A stretch of 64,000 bases of DNA from the human T2T-CHM13v2.0 reference genome, Homo sapiens, in NCBI RefSeq assembly GCF_009914755.1, contig NC_060939.1. One strand, 5' to 3'. The position numbers and the translations under genes are program-made. Each line of letters starts with the position of its first letter. Position 1 is the first letter of the stretch. Under the pieces are notes generated by a model. That model was not told where the DNA came from. It searched no databases and was given only the letters and a program-made list of their open reading frames with translations. This document shows, one piece after another, positions 1 to 36,809 of the stretch.

Positions 1-288
1 AAGGAGTAGACACCTTAAGTGTTTGGATTCTACAGCTCACTTTCTTCCTTGAGCAGAAAAGATAACCCTTCTGAAGAAGAGTTAAAACCACAGTTTCTCC
101 TAAGGGGAGCTCATCTTTACTGTTATAGGCTTGTGCCATCTGGCTGTGGAAAAGAATAATCATCCTTGTCTTTACGTCATTTGTGGAGAGAATGTTATAA
201 AAAAAATAACAGATGTAAAATATCAAGGAATGGTAGCAAGAAAATATCTTTGTTACTATGGTACTATATTCTGGATTTTGCTCAGTTA

Positions 289-640
<352 letters not shown>

Positions 641-977
641 ATATACCTGTTGATGTTAATTGCAGTTTACAATAAAATTTTACTTGTGATGTTCTTGTGT
701 ATGTAATGGGGACTGATATCAATATTTCTACATTGAAACTTGGCAATTCATTAATAAATGTTGATACCCTGCCAGTAATAAAGATTTTCCTGAACCTAAA
801 TAAGACCAGATTACTTTTCCATAATCAAAAAAAGTAGTGGCTTTATCCTCTGTGTTGGATACACCTCCTATTTGCTTCACATTTATTCATATTAGGTCTA
901 TATCTAAGAAAAATTTCCTAGGTTTCTGTATGTTTCACTAGAGCGACAACTCGTTTAAAAAAAAAAGTATCAAAGAT

Positions 978-5700
<4,723 letters not shown>

Positions 5701-6384
5701 TCAAAGCAATCAGACATTTAACATATATGTAATATGTAATTAGGTATAAGCAGAGAAGTTATGCAAATAATAGCAACTTTTAGAGGAATAAAACAAAATT
5801 CTAGTTTCCCTCTTTCGTCTGATTCTCAGTATCTACATGTATTGTCAATTCTTCCTCCTAGATATTATGTACAGATAAAGATCTCATTTCATAACTCTCC
5901 CTCACCCCATGTTATCCAATCCCTCCTATCCATTCCTAACAACCTCTGGGAGGCCAGGGAGGATAATTTTACCATTTAAACTTCCACTAACCCTGAATGT
6001 CCTAGATGCAATGAATTCTGAACCACAATCACTCCATATTAGAGAAACACAGGGCAGAGTAGCCTATTCATTGTATCTTCATGTTTCTGTTCTTTCTTCC
6101 TGTCCATTTTATTAGAGCAGGAAGAGTACCTTATATATCTCTATGCTTTAGAGCCTATCTAGCAGGTTTGCAAGTGCTGAGTGAATTCCTTCCCTTTTGA
6201 TTATTGGAATGCTAACCAACCCAGGTTAAAGATGAAGCTATTAAGGTCTTTCAAGATCCAACTTAAATGCTAGTTTCTCCTTGAAGCTGTTCGTAATGCC
6301 CTGACTGGAACCTCTCAAAATTTTCCTACCACTGCTAGAACAGGTCATATCCTTCTTTATCCAAGTGTTCAGGCTTTAAAGTAA

Positions 6385-7180
<796 letters not shown>

Positions 7181-8428
7181 GTTATTGTTTTGCCTTAGTC
7201 CTTTTCTACACATTTAGGCTCCTTGAAGGCCGAGTCTTTCTTAACTATCTTTGCATTTCTCTCATTGTACCTAGCATAGAGTACAATAAATATCAGACTC
7301 AAAATAAATACTTTCCTCAGAGAAATATCTGTGGCATCTAGAAATCCAAATATGGATTAAAAAAAGACAACACTATACAAGTAAAAATTTGAAGTGTTGT
7401 CATAAAGACATAAAGTAACGTTTGCGCAATTTTTATAGAATGCTCAATTCTGACTGACAGAATTGACACTGAGCTAGCTAAGGCCTGAAGGGGAGTAAGG
7501 AAAGGTTGTGTATCTACTTCCCTAAGTGGCAGTTATAAGTACAAAAAATGCAAGTCCAAGGAAAAAAAATCCTTAATGGTGACATCAGGATAATCATAAC
7601 AGTAAAATACTGTTTAAAACAAAAAAAAAGTCCGATGCAGCAAAACTAGGCTCTACAGACACACTAGGCGCAAAAGATAAAACAGAACAACCTTTTCTAA
7701 GGACTAAATAATTACAACAATATTCTCAGTACTATTTGGCATACGATCTAGAAGATCAAAGTAAAGTGTAAGGACAAAATCAGGAGACCTACATTTCCAG
7801 ATCCCCGTGGCACTGATATTGGACTGTAAAACCATAGATTCCGAGGGCTGCCGCCTTAGTGCTAAGCGGACGCAAGGGCAAGTAGTGTAACTGTTCCAAC
7901 TCGGAGCCCAGAGTGGTCCAAGTCAAAGTCGGTGCAGCCCGCTACGGTTCAGCTCTACTAAAGGGTTGCAAGGAGCTGAAAGCAGCAAAACGGTTTTTGT
8001 GGGGCCTCCAATCGCCTTCCTGAGCGCCCCAGAAACCGGCTAAACCTCGTCTCTCCCGAAACCACCTGGAGTCGCTCCGACTGGAGAAATCAAGAGTCCG
8101 CCGCCTTAAAATGACTAAAACAATAAGCAACCCCAACTCCCACTTCAAGCGCGTACGGTTTCCATTTGCTCCCCTGCCTCAGTGGGAGGAATGGAACGTG
8201 AAGACACCGCTTCCCGCCCCGCCCCAGGTAGGCCCTGAATCAGTTCGGGGTTAAAAATAATGAGGCGGACAAGGCGGCCTCTGGCCACAGTCTCCAAAGA
8301 AAGCGAATGACCCGGGTATCAGACCAGCTCAGACCCTCACACCAGAACCCTGGGGTCCGCCGGGCCCCGCAGCAGCAGCCTCGAAGGGACAAGAAGAGCC
8401 AGGAGAAAAAGAGGACGGACAAGCTCAC

Positions 8429-8479
8429 CTGCCGCTTGTTCATCCGCCGCACATCGTCCAAAAAGTCTAGAGACAGCAT
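8429..8479 (-). CDS. SEC11A: SEC11A (signal peptidase complex catalytic subunit SPC18) coding exon 1, 17 codons, phase-0 donor
   Basis: Minus-strand ccccgccATGc (good Kozak) encodes MLSLDFLDDVRRMNKRQ, which I recognise as the SEC11A N-terminus; it is followed immediately by the donor CAG|GTGAGC (GT at 8428-8427); lies in a CpG island. Confidence 0.96.
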
Positions 8480-8588
8480 GGCGGGGACGGCGAGCAGGAC
8501 ACCGGCAGGGGAAAGGGCGCGATGACCAGCGGGCGGAACTACTGGAGCTCGGGTCGGGCTCACACTGGACAGGACCCCGCAGTGCTTG

Positions 8589-8640
8589 CACTTCCGCTTC
8601 CGGGGCGGGAGCTGGCACGGTCGGGCACGGTCCCCGCCCC
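8589..8640 (-). promoter_or_regulatory. Tandem ETS/GABP site (CCGGAAGCGGAAGTG) plus Sp/KLF GC boxes
   Basis: Plus strand CACTTCCGCTTCCGG 8589-8603, GGGGCGGG 8602-8609, CCCCGCCCC 8632-8640; about 110-160 bp upstream of the SEC11A ATG; typical TATA-less housekeeping promoter. Confidence 0.7.
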
Positions 8641-8822
8641 CCGCGCCCCTTCGCTGCGGAGAGCTGACAGAGAGACTCACGACCTTGCTAGTCCAGTCTC
8701 AGGGCTTGGCCTCGCCGTGGGAGGGTTCTCACGCTCTGGCTCTCGCCTGCCAAAAACCGACTGGACGCCACTTCCCGCGCTCGGCCCCGCGGCCCTTCAC
8801 CGAGGCGGCGACCCAGGCTTAG

Positions 8823-9510
<688 letters not shown>

Positions 9511-9829
9511 TTACAGTCCAATTGGAGAGAAAACAGCCCGGGAGAATTAGAAAACATCCAAATGGTGCAACAGCGTGATGAGACCACCAGTGGTGTGGGT
9601 CGTTAGGAAGTGGCTTCCTTTCTGACCTTGACTTTGCTGACAGGATTTGACATGGTCTCCTTGAATTCTACCTCCTGGTTTTCTTAACTTGGACACCTTG
9701 AAGTGACTATCTTTTCGCTACCTTTTGCTTTGACTGGCCAAAGCTCCTAATACGCACTTCAGTCAACAAAGACTAAAGCTGGATTACTTGGTATCATTTC
9801 TCTCTCTTTTTTTTTTTTTTTTTTTTTTT

Positions 9830-10960
9830 TCAAAATAATCCTTCTCTCCCATTAGGGAAAGATGAATGAAGGATATACTGGAACTCTTTGTAGTATCCTC
9901 GAAATTCTTTAAATGGAAAGTCATTCCAAAATAAAAACTTGAATTTATTGGAGGATGGCTGTAATAAAAAAGACAAATAATAATAAGTTTAGGGGAAGAT
10001 GTGAAGAAATTGGAACCCTCATATACTGCTGGTGGGAATGTAAAATGGTGCAGCCACTTTGGGAAATAGCTGCAGTTGCTCAAAAGGTTAAAGATGTGCC
10101 GTCTGCAGTGGCTCATGCCTGTAATCCCAGCACTTTGGGAGGCTGAGGCAGGCAGATCACCTGAGGTCAGGAGTTCCAGACTAGCCTGGCCAACATGGTG
10201 AAAACCCGTCTTTACTAAAGATACAAAAATTAGGCGGGTGTGGTGGTGGGCACCTGTAATCTCAGCTACTGGGGAGGCTGAGGCAGGAGAATCGCTTGAA
10301 CCCAGGAGGCAGAGTTTGCGGTGAGCCGAGATCGTGCCACTGCACTCCAACCTGGGCGACAAAGTGAGACCCTATCTCAAAACACACAAACAAAAAAAGG
10401 TTAAAGATGGAATCACCATATTAACCAGCAATTCCACTGCTAGGTATATACCCAAGAAAATTGAAAACGTTTGTCCACACAAAAACTTGTACATGAATGT
10501 TCACAGCAGCATTATTCATAATAGCTAAAAAGTGGAAATAACTGAAATGTTTATCAACTAATGAAGGGATAAATAAATGTGGTATATTGGAATAATGTAC
10601 TAATAATTCCGCTGGTACAATGGAATATTAATCTGGCAACAAAAGGAAATACTACAACATGAATGACCCTTGAAACAGATTTAGTGAAAGGATCCAGTCA
10701 CAAAAGACAAAGCATTGCATGATTCCATTTAGGTGAAATATCTAGAATAGACAAATCCACAGAGATGGAAATCAGTGGTTGCCTAGGGCTGGGAGAGTTG
10801 GGGAAAATGGGGAGTGGCTGCTAATGGGTATGGAGTTTCTTTTAGGGGATGCTAGTTCTACAACTATGTGAATATACTCAAAACCATTAAATTGTACACT
10901 TTACACTGGTGAATTGTATGGTATGTGTATTATATCACAATAAAGCTATTATGAGAAAGA
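9830..10960 (+). mobile_element. L1M (L1MB/MC-like) 3' end interrupted by AluS (10098-10398)
   Basis: GGAACCCTCATATACTGCTGGTGGGAATGTAAAATGGTGCAGCCAC...CACAGCAGCATTATTCATAATAGC...TCACAATAAAGC. Confidence 0.85.
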
Positions 10961-11325
10961 AAAAGAAACCACTGGTGTCTGGCTCACTGTTAAATTCCTA
11001 GTGGTGAACACATAGCCTAGCACATGTTATACCCAATAAATACTTGTTGAATTTAAAAGTGTGTGTGTGTGTGTGTGTGTATTTTTGTCACCTCCAAAAA
11101 CTGCTGCCTCTAGGCACCCCACACTTATTGAGTTGAAAAAAAATTCCTAATTTATCCAATTTAGGAAGACTTGTGGAAGAAAATACATGTGAACTCCATG
11201 AGGACAGGGACATTGTCTTGTCCACCCCTTTATCTCCAGCTTCCATAAGAGTACCAGACATGTAGCAGACACTCAATAAGTATTTGTTAATAAATGTTAA
11301 ATATGGGTTCTAGTCTAAATTCTCG

Positions 11326-13490
<2,165 letters not shown>

Positions 13491-13511
13491 TAAAAATAAT
13501 TATAATCTTAC

Positions 13512-14331
13512 CAGTTTCTCCTTCACCTTCTCAATGTAGGAAGTGGTGGGTAGAAGCAGAAGGTCCTCTATGACCCTGCCAGAAAAGGAAGTGGCCCAGG
13601 CATATCACAGCAAGCTGGTGCATAGGCCACACTGGAGATGTGGCTCTTCCCTGGTGCCATCTCCCACAAGGATCTATCTCAGTTTGCTGGGGGCTGCCTG
13701 AGGTCAGGTCAGGTGGATGCAGAGATGGGAACTTTCTGCCTACCAACCCAGTGGCTATGGACATCAGAGACCAAGGTTTTAAAAGATGTAGCAGCTCTGT
13801 ATAGGATGGGATGACAGAAATGTCATTCTCAAAAATCAAAGGCACCTTCTGTGCAGAGAGATTACTGGAGTCACCCAAGTCTCCCTGGAAGATTTTTGGA
13901 AAGCTCTCTTTAAAAAGTCCCAGACAGCTGCAGGGACAGCTGTAAGAGGGAAGCACCAGCCTTCTGGGTTGGTATGTGCGTATATGTGATGGGGGTTGGG
14001 GAGGACCCATCAATTTCCTGCTTGGCTATACTGCTTTAGCTGAAGAAGAAAGGGGCCTTGATGTTTGTTTTGTGAGTCCTTAGAGAGGAGAGATCCCTGT
14101 TGTGAATGTGGATGTCGTGTGGGTAGAGGATCAAGAGTGGGGACACCCTTAGCCTCTTCCCTCTAACTGGGCCTGCACCTCCTCCCTCTTGGAAAAGTTG
14201 CCTTTTGAGCTCTTGGATCTCATAGTTAATGACAGGGAATTGGCTCTTGATATCCCTCTTGATAGGTTAAGGGATCCTATAGGAATCTGTTGAGGCAGTT
14301 AATCACCACTGGAAATGTGGCTTGTGTAAAT
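13512..14331 (-). pseudogene. Large fossil exon (820 nt) with stops and frameshifts
   Basis: tattctggatatccatatccag|ATTT acceptor, CTG|gtaaga donor; phase-1 frame contains PIKRDIKSQFPVINYEIQELKRQLFQEGGGAGPVRGKRL...; a shifted frame is the 160-codon track ORF 13531..14013. Confidence 0.5.
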
Positions 14332-14424
14332 CTGGATATGGATATCCAGAATACAATCACATTCATTAGCAATCATTTATATATACATTCAAGTACTTTA
14401 AAATATTTACCTAAAGTCTCCTAA

Positions 14425-14813
<389 letters not shown>

Positions 14814-15022
14814 CTATAGTCCAGACATACTCAACCATCTATACTCCAGCATATGTCATAGGAATTAAAGAAGTGATCTCTGGAGCCAAACTGCTCTAAC
14901 CCTTACTGTGTGACTCTAGATGAGTTACTTTACCTCTATATGCCTCCATTTCTTCATCTGTAAACAGATATTTTAGCACCCAGGGTTTTTTAAATTATTA
15001 TTATTAGAATTAAGTGAGCTAG

Positions 15023-19513
<4,491 letters not shown>

Positions 19514-19719
19514 TTAAAAACAAACAATGGAGAGCTGTACTGGAAACACTTAAAATTTAAAACTAGAGACTCTCAGAATATGAATTTTCCTCACTTCCTT
19601 CAAAATCCAGCTTACCCAATTAAACATGTTTTCAAAGAAAAAAAGAAGGAAGGAAGAAAAGAGAAAAAAAGTACAAAGAAAATACTCTAATGCTGAAATG
19701 CTAAGAGTGGTTTCTATGT

Positions 19720-19880
19720 CTGAACTGTCCAACACAATAGCCACTCACCACATGGGGCTCGTGAGTACTTGAAATGAGGCTTAGTCCAAATTGAGATGTA
19801 CTGCAATTGATAAATACATCCTAGATATGGAAGACTTGGTATGAAAAAAGAATATAAACTACCAATTACACTGATTTCAA
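19720..19880 (+). mobile_element. MER3/MER33-like hAT-Charlie fragment
   Basis: CTGTCCAA...TAGCCACT...CACATG...GAGTACTTGAAATG...AGTCCAAATTGAGATG pattern. Confidence 0.6.
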
Positions 19881-20058
19881 GAAGGGATGATCATACTTTT
19901 TTTTTTTTTTTGAAGCAAGATCTCTCTTGACTAGGCTGGAGTGCCGTGGCTGGATCATAGCTCACCGCAGCCTCAAACTCCAACTCTTGGGCTCTAGCGA
20001 TCCTCCCACCTCAGCCTGCAGAGTAGCCAGGACTACAGGCGCATGCCATCATGCCTGG

Positions 20059-21228
<1,170 letters not shown>

Positions 21229-21509
21229 CCTGGCTAATTTATAGACAAGGTCTTGGTATGTTGCCCAAGCAGGTCTTGAACTCATGGCCTCAAGCAGTCC
21301 TCCTGCCCTGGCCTCCTAAAGTGCAAGGACTATAGGCGCGAGCCACTGTGCCCAGCAGTACTTTTTTGTTTTTTAAATACAAAACAAAAAGAACACATGG
21401 CATTGGTCACATGACATGGGCTTATGCTAGTGGACTGCTCTAAAACCATCAATTTAGAAAAACAATGCTCATTAACTACTATTCTCAAGTACAACTCTGT
21501 TCCTCTTCT

Positions 21510-22295
21510 TTTACTATAGATTCAAGGAATACATGTATGGGTTTGTTACATGGATATATTGCATAATGGAGAGGTTTAGGATGCTAGTGTACCCATTGCC
21601 CAAATAGTAAACATGGTCCCAGTAGGTAGTTTTTCAACTCTCATCTCCCTTCCTCATTTTTCTCATCTCTCCCCGCTTTTAGAGGCTCCATTGTCTATTA
21701 TTTCCATCTTTCTATCCGTGTATGCCCATTGTTCAGTTCCCACTTGTAAATGAGAACATTTACTATTTGATTTTCTGTTTCTGAGTTATTTCACTTAGTA
21801 TAATCCTCCCAAAGTGCTGGGATTACAGGTGTGAGCCACTGTACCCAGCCAATTAAATTTATTTTTTGTTGAGATGGGGTCTCCCTGTGTTGCCCAGGAT
21901 GATCTCAAACTCCTGGGCTTAAGCAATCCTCTCACCTCAGCCTCCCAAAGTGCTGGGATTACAGGCATGAGCCACCATGCCTGGCTTAATAATATCCATT
22001 CTGACTGGTGTAAGATGGTATCTCATTGTGGTTTTAATTAGCATTTTTCTGATGATTGGTGATGTAGAGTATTTTTTCATATGTTGTTGGTTGCTTGTGT
22101 GTCTTCTTTTGAGAAATGTTTGTTTGTGTTCTTTGCCTACTTTTTAAGGAGGTTATTTGTTTTTGTCGTTGAGTTGTTTGAGTTCCTTATAGTCTCTGGA
22201 TATTAGTCCTTTGTCAGATGAATAATTTGCAAATATTTTCTCCCATTTTGTAGGTTGTTTGTTTGCTCTGTTGATTATTTCTTTTGCTGTGCAGG
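21510..22295 (-). mobile_element. L1P (L1PB/L1PA-old) 3' fragment interrupted by Alu pieces
   Basis: Antisense L1 3' UTR/ORF2 end; track ORF shows [32 protein letters not shown] (ORF2p C-terminus). Confidence 0.85.
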
Positions 22296-22359
22296 TAATA
22301 CTTTTGATATATTGAGAAAAGTATATTATCAAAATTAACTTCATTTGTTTTTTATATTA

Positions 22360-23395
<1,036 letters not shown>

Positions 23396-23399
23396 TCAC

Positions 23400-29370
<5,971 letters not shown>

Positions 29371-30019
29371 ATATATATATATAAATATGAATAATTCATA
29401 CATATATGAATAAATAATTTTCTCTACCTAAAAAGTCTTGAATGCCCTCACCCCACTGCCTCCAACATAAAAATCAAACACTCTGGCCCAATAGCCAAGG
29501 CTTTCAGTAATCAAAGCCCAACACACTTTACTAGTACTCCCATTTTTCTCCTGCTTGAATTCTCTGCCCCAGGCAAACCAAAGTCTTCTAACTTCAAAGC
29601 CTATGTTCTAACTCGTCTTTCAGCAGTTCATTCAACAATAATGTATTTCATTCCTGATCTGAACCAGGCATTATGCTAGGGGTGGGAATACACAAATGAA
29701 TACAATACAGTCTTTACCCTCGAGAGACTATCAATCTAATTTGGGAGAGAGATGTGAAAACAAAAATCTAAAGACATGGAATGACAAATTGTCCATGGGA
29801 GTTATTCTTGCCTGGAGGTGGGGTGGAGCTGAGAGTAAAGGAGACTTTTCTTTCTATGTTCAACATGTCTGCACTCTTTACCTGTTTCTTTTATAACATG
29901 CATGCTTTACTTTTGTAACCAGGGGAAAAAAATCACATTACATGAAAATTATGATTAATTCAATTCTGAACACTTGAGTTCAAAGAAAAAGCCCATAACT
30001 GTCAAAAACATAGTAAAAT

Positions 30020-30840
<821 letters not shown>

Positions 30841-30845
30841 TCGGG

Positions 30846-31360
30846 TGTATTAGTTTGGGTTCCCCAAAAGCAGAGCCTGAGACAAGGACTTGGGTGCAGG
30901 TTGTGTATTTGGGAATTGATGATGTGTGTGGAGGACAACAGGTCTAACGGAGAGGAACGAGTGAGGTAGGGTAGGAGGGAAAGCCAGCGCAGGGGGCGTG
31001 ATTGATTTTTGGAGTCCTCTGAAAAGTGTAAAAAATGCCTCCTAGAATTGTCCATCTGAAGGATAGGAGACTGGGGCATTTATTCCTTGGCTCATACCTG
31101 CCACTGGTTGAAGGTTGTGTTAATTCTCTTTACTTTCAGACTACGCCTGTGAGAGGGCTGAGTAGGCTCTTATGGCTTTGAAAAGGCCTTGAAACAGAAA
31201 TTGGAGAGGCCCAAGACCTGACACTTGCAGCGGAAATTGTAAGCGAAGGCTCCCATGAAACTGGCCACCATATATTCAGGGCTAAGAGGCCAAGGATAAG
31301 AATACAGGCCACCAAGAGTTTCTGTTGCATGGGAAAAATGAAAGTTAGTATAGTCACACA
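30846..31360 (-). mobile_element. Old ERVL-class solo LTR (subfamily uncertain)
   Basis: TGTATTAGTTTGGGTTCCCCAAAAGCAGAGCCTGAGACAAGG...TATTTGGGA terminus typical of ERVL LTRs. Confidence 0.6.
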
Positions 31361-31552
31361 TTAGAATTGTCTATAGCAGCCGCGAGAAATAAATGCAACT
31401 ATATGCATCAAGCCTGAGATGAATTTTAACAATATAACACAAAAAGTGAAAAAGAAATCCCAGGATATTACATAGGAAATGACACTGTTTTAGTAAAGAA
31501 AACAAGAACTAAAATTAACGATATATGTTTTGGGAACATGTATGCATGTATC

Positions 31553-31589
<37 letters not shown>

Positions 31590-31709
31590 ACAAATATATA
31601 TGACTTACTGTACCCAACTGGTTTTTTAGTTTTCAAAAATTTATGTGTGTGTATGTATATATACACACGTATACAAATTCTGCTGGAATGCAATGGTGTG
31701 CTCACAGGC

Positions 31710-33195
<1,486 letters not shown>

Positions 33196-33619
33196 AAGGA
33201 GGTTAATTTTGTTCCCTCCTAAATCCCCAGGGCCTAACAGTTCCTGGCACATGATAGGCACCAAACATTTATTTGTGTAATGCATGTAATTTAGCTAGGA
33301 AGAAGAAATATAGGCTAAGAGCCAATTGTGGAAGAATTTTTAATGCTCCAGTTCAACTCAACTCAGACATATGTCCTCTTAATTTCTTCCCTAGCTCAGA
33401 CTCCAGCTCAGTATTTAACCAAACAATAAAATGGTCTCATTTCTGGCCCATTTCTGGCCCTCGTCCTCATCAGTTACTCTTTTCTGCCCCTTCCACCTGT
33501 CTTACTTGCCCTCTTGCTACCTTAGCTTTTTATCTCTAGAAGCCTTGGTTTTCCAGGTTCCCTTAAGGCCCTTGGCTACATGCTTTGGCAGTTTCCACAC
33601 TGTCAGATGATCACACACC

Positions 33620-34051
33620 TGCTAGGTATTCTTGCCTTTGCTCCTACCGATCCACCCTTCACCCTTTTGCACTCTGCTCTTTACCTGCAGAGGTGGACTT
33701 TGAAAGCAGCACCATCTGGGCTCCTTGCTTGTAGGCTTCCTGCTGGCTCAGCCAGTGGGAGGTACTGAAGGAGACCTGAGAGAAAGAAGAGAAGTATGGC
33801 TCTTCTTTCCTCCAAGCTCCTGTTGGCTGTCCTTCTCCTACTTAAGGACTGGTAACTGTTCCATCTCTTTGCCCCTTCGGGCCAGTGGTTGATAATGGCT
33901 TCCCAGTAGATGCTAGACCTGGGGTGCTTCACTGTCCCTTTTTGGTTTCCCTCAACCCTGCTTACATTTCTGTACACTGTCCCTTTACTAACTCTCCTCG
34001 GATACACATTTTGAGCGGTTCATCTGTTCCCTGCTGATCTTAGTTGATACA
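33620..34051 (+). mobile_element. LTR33-like ERVL solo LTR
   Basis: GATCCACCCTTCACCC...GGGCTCCTTGC...GCCAGTGGGAGGTACTG...CATCTGTTCCCTGCTG...TGATACA. Confidence 0.7.
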
Positions 34052-34232
34052 AAAGCAAAAATATACAATAGTATCTTTTTAAGAAAATTGATTCACAAAA
34101 CTCACCCCTTTAAAGCATACAATTTAGTGGTTCTTAGCATGTGCCAGCAAACTGTATCTTTTTTCATTTCATATGTAATCAAATGTTTCTTCGTGTCAAT
34201 AAGTTATACGTTTCACATCACCAGTTACTTAA

Positions 34233-34717
<485 letters not shown>

Positions 34718-34799
34718 TAGCATTGAAAGTACATAAGGTATGTATACTTTGCTAATGTAGTAAGTAGTCTTAACATTTGAACTTCTTTGATAGCCATAC

Positions 34800-34829
34800 C
34801 AATTCTAAGCCATTTAAAGCTGTTTTTAG
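34800..34829 (-). pseudogene. Fossil micro-exon, 30 nt (AKNSFKWLRI)
   Basis: ctgaccctccagtcccatttag|CTA...TTG|gtatgg; phase 1/1, open. Confidence 0.45.
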
Positions 34830-35249
34830 CTAAATGGGACTGGAGGGTCAGTGATTTTGAGGGCGTGGGGTGGAGAGAAGGTTAGAAGGATTTGCTCTCC
34901 TACTTTCTTCCTTCTTTCTTCCAGACTCTTCACCTTGTTTATACATCAGTTTCCTCCTCTTCATTAAGCTATGCCTCTTCAGGGCCTAGCATAGTGTCTG
35001 GCACTGTCCAGAATATCAATAAACATTTATGAAATGGATAAATGATGGAAGAAGAAAGTTATGAAATATGCACAGTGTTGGTCATCCTAGCATATGAGCA
35101 TTAACTGTGCATTAACTGCTCTCCTTCTAATGGACTCTCCAGAACCAACACTTTTCATTCCCTTCTAATAAATATATTGCTAATGCTCAAGGACAGTTAA
35201 ATGCTTTGGACTAGTGGGTTACTTTCTGGAATACCTACATACTCATTCC

Positions 35250-35965
35250 TGCCAGTTGAGCTACATGCCTAATAACAGTCTGCTGTGTTTGGTCCTAAAC
35301 CTATTTATGGTAGCTATATGCCAGAGTTTAATAAACTGATGAATTATCCATCAGTTTATTAAAATTACATAGATTAAACATAAGCATGAAAAGAGCTGTC
35401 TCTATGACATATCAGTTGCATGCTTTGAAAATATTAGCTAAAGACCAGTTGAAATTACTACTAAACCAGATGTGAGCAAGAGAACTACAAAAGGTTTTTT
35501 TTTAAAGCCTCTACTTATACTGCTTTGTAAGAAGTTTTAAGTACACAGTCAACTTGGAAGCCAGGTTTTATATATATATATGTATTTGTAAATAGCCAAG
35601 CATGGTGGTGAACGCCTGCAGTCCCAGCTACTCAGGAGGCTGAGGTGGGAGGATCATTTGTACCCAGGAGGTTGAGGCTGCAGTGAGTCATTATCACACC
35701 ACTGTACTCTTAACACTCTAGCCTAGGTGACTGACAAAAAAAAAAAAAAAAAAAAAAGGATAGGAAAGCATAGAAAATGCATCGTGGATATGATTGATGT
35801 AAGAAAGGCAGCTCAAGAACAATAATCAAAAAAGGTTTGGTCCTAGGTCTAAAGATTGGCAAGGCAAGTGGGTGTTCTTTATAGTTTTGAAGTTAAAATG
35901 AAATATTAGGGTGTATATTTGCCATTTGTTGTTATTCACTGCTTAAATATTCTTTTCCAATTAAA
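35250..35965 (+). mobile_element. Tigger13a-like TcMar DNA transposon, interrupted by an Alu monomer (35590-35760)
   Basis: Degenerate transposase HTH-psq-like N-terminal segment and AAAGATTGGC...AAGTTAAAATGAAAT similar to the recalled Tigger13a consensus. Confidence 0.6.
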
Positions 35966-36113
35966 GGATGAACTATTGGGCCAGGTCTAATTTTTTGGGC
36001 ATCAGGAGTAGGGAAGGGGATGTAAATCCTTATCCTTATCCTCTAAATCCTTTTGTTTCCATAGAAGGGCAGGTAGGAGTGAAGTTGTTCTGATTCTTCC
36101 AGCAGAGACTTAC

Positions 36114-36141
36114 CTAACTGCTGAATTCAGACCTGCCTGAC
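36114..36141 (-). pseudogene. Fossil micro-exon, 28 nt (VRQV*IQQL)
   Basis: ccctctcttag|GTC...TAG|gtaagt (consensus donor); phase 0 in, 1 out. Confidence 0.5.
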
Positions 36142-36478
36142 CTAAGAGAGGGTGCAATCTTCTCTAATTAGACATGGTTAATATGGTTAGGCCTCTGCAA
36201 AGGGGAGAATGGAGGTTTTGGGAAAATAATTTTATTTTTTATTTTTTCCTTTTTATGGAGAACAGGGTCTTGCTATGTTGCCCAGGCTGGTCTTTAACTC
36301 CTGGATTCAAGCAATCCTCCCACCTCTGCCTCCCTAAGTGCTGGAATTACAGGTGTGAGCAACCATGCCTGGCTGGAAATAATTTTAATTCAGGGAAAAA
36401 TATTAAAAAGCTTATTGGCCACCATCTAAGCCACATTCTTCAGTTCAGCTTTATTGGTAATAAAGCTGATATTTTCAC

Positions 36479-36496
36479 CTTTCCATTGCTTCCAAA
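36479..36496 (-). pseudogene. Fossil micro-exon, 18 nt (FGSNGK)
   Basis: tttaatctcttccttataag|TTT...AAG|gtgaaa; phase 0/0. Confidence 0.4.
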
Positions 36497-36668
36497 CTTA
36501 TAAGGAAGAGATTAAACTTATTGCCCTTATAATACTCCAACAGTGTTAGATAAGATGGCCTCAATGTATTGTCACAACTAAGATAACAGTTACAATCAAG
36601 ACATTATTTTTCCTTTTATTTTAGTCCACCATTCTATTCATTCAAATAAAAAATTGTCTCTGGTCTAC

Positions 36669-36697
36669 CTTGTTTGAAGTTCAATCTGTATCTTGAG
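36669..36697 (-). pseudogene. Fossil micro-exon, 29 nt (AQDTD*TSNK)
   Basis: cattttcttctttgtccag|CTC...AAG|gtagac; phase 1 in, 0 out. Confidence 0.5.
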
Positions 36698-36809
36698 CTG
36701 GACAAAGAAGAAAATGTTTATAGCCCCTGAGAAATATTGATATTAGGAAATATATACTGAGAAGGGAAGAGAAACCCAAACATGGCTCCTGTCAATCCTT
36801 CCATCCCAC

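Noticed and set aside
9540-9800. Possible further fossil coding sequence (…KDSHFKVSKLRKPGGRIQGDHVKSCQQ…)
   Set aside because: Short open stretch, no clear splice site, and separated by L1/L2 inserts
19616-19680. Strong minus-strand donor TGG|GTAAGC after a long polypyrimidine tract
   Set aside because: No AG acceptor present; possibly a decayed micro-exon, but it cannot be delimited, so it is not listed as a feature
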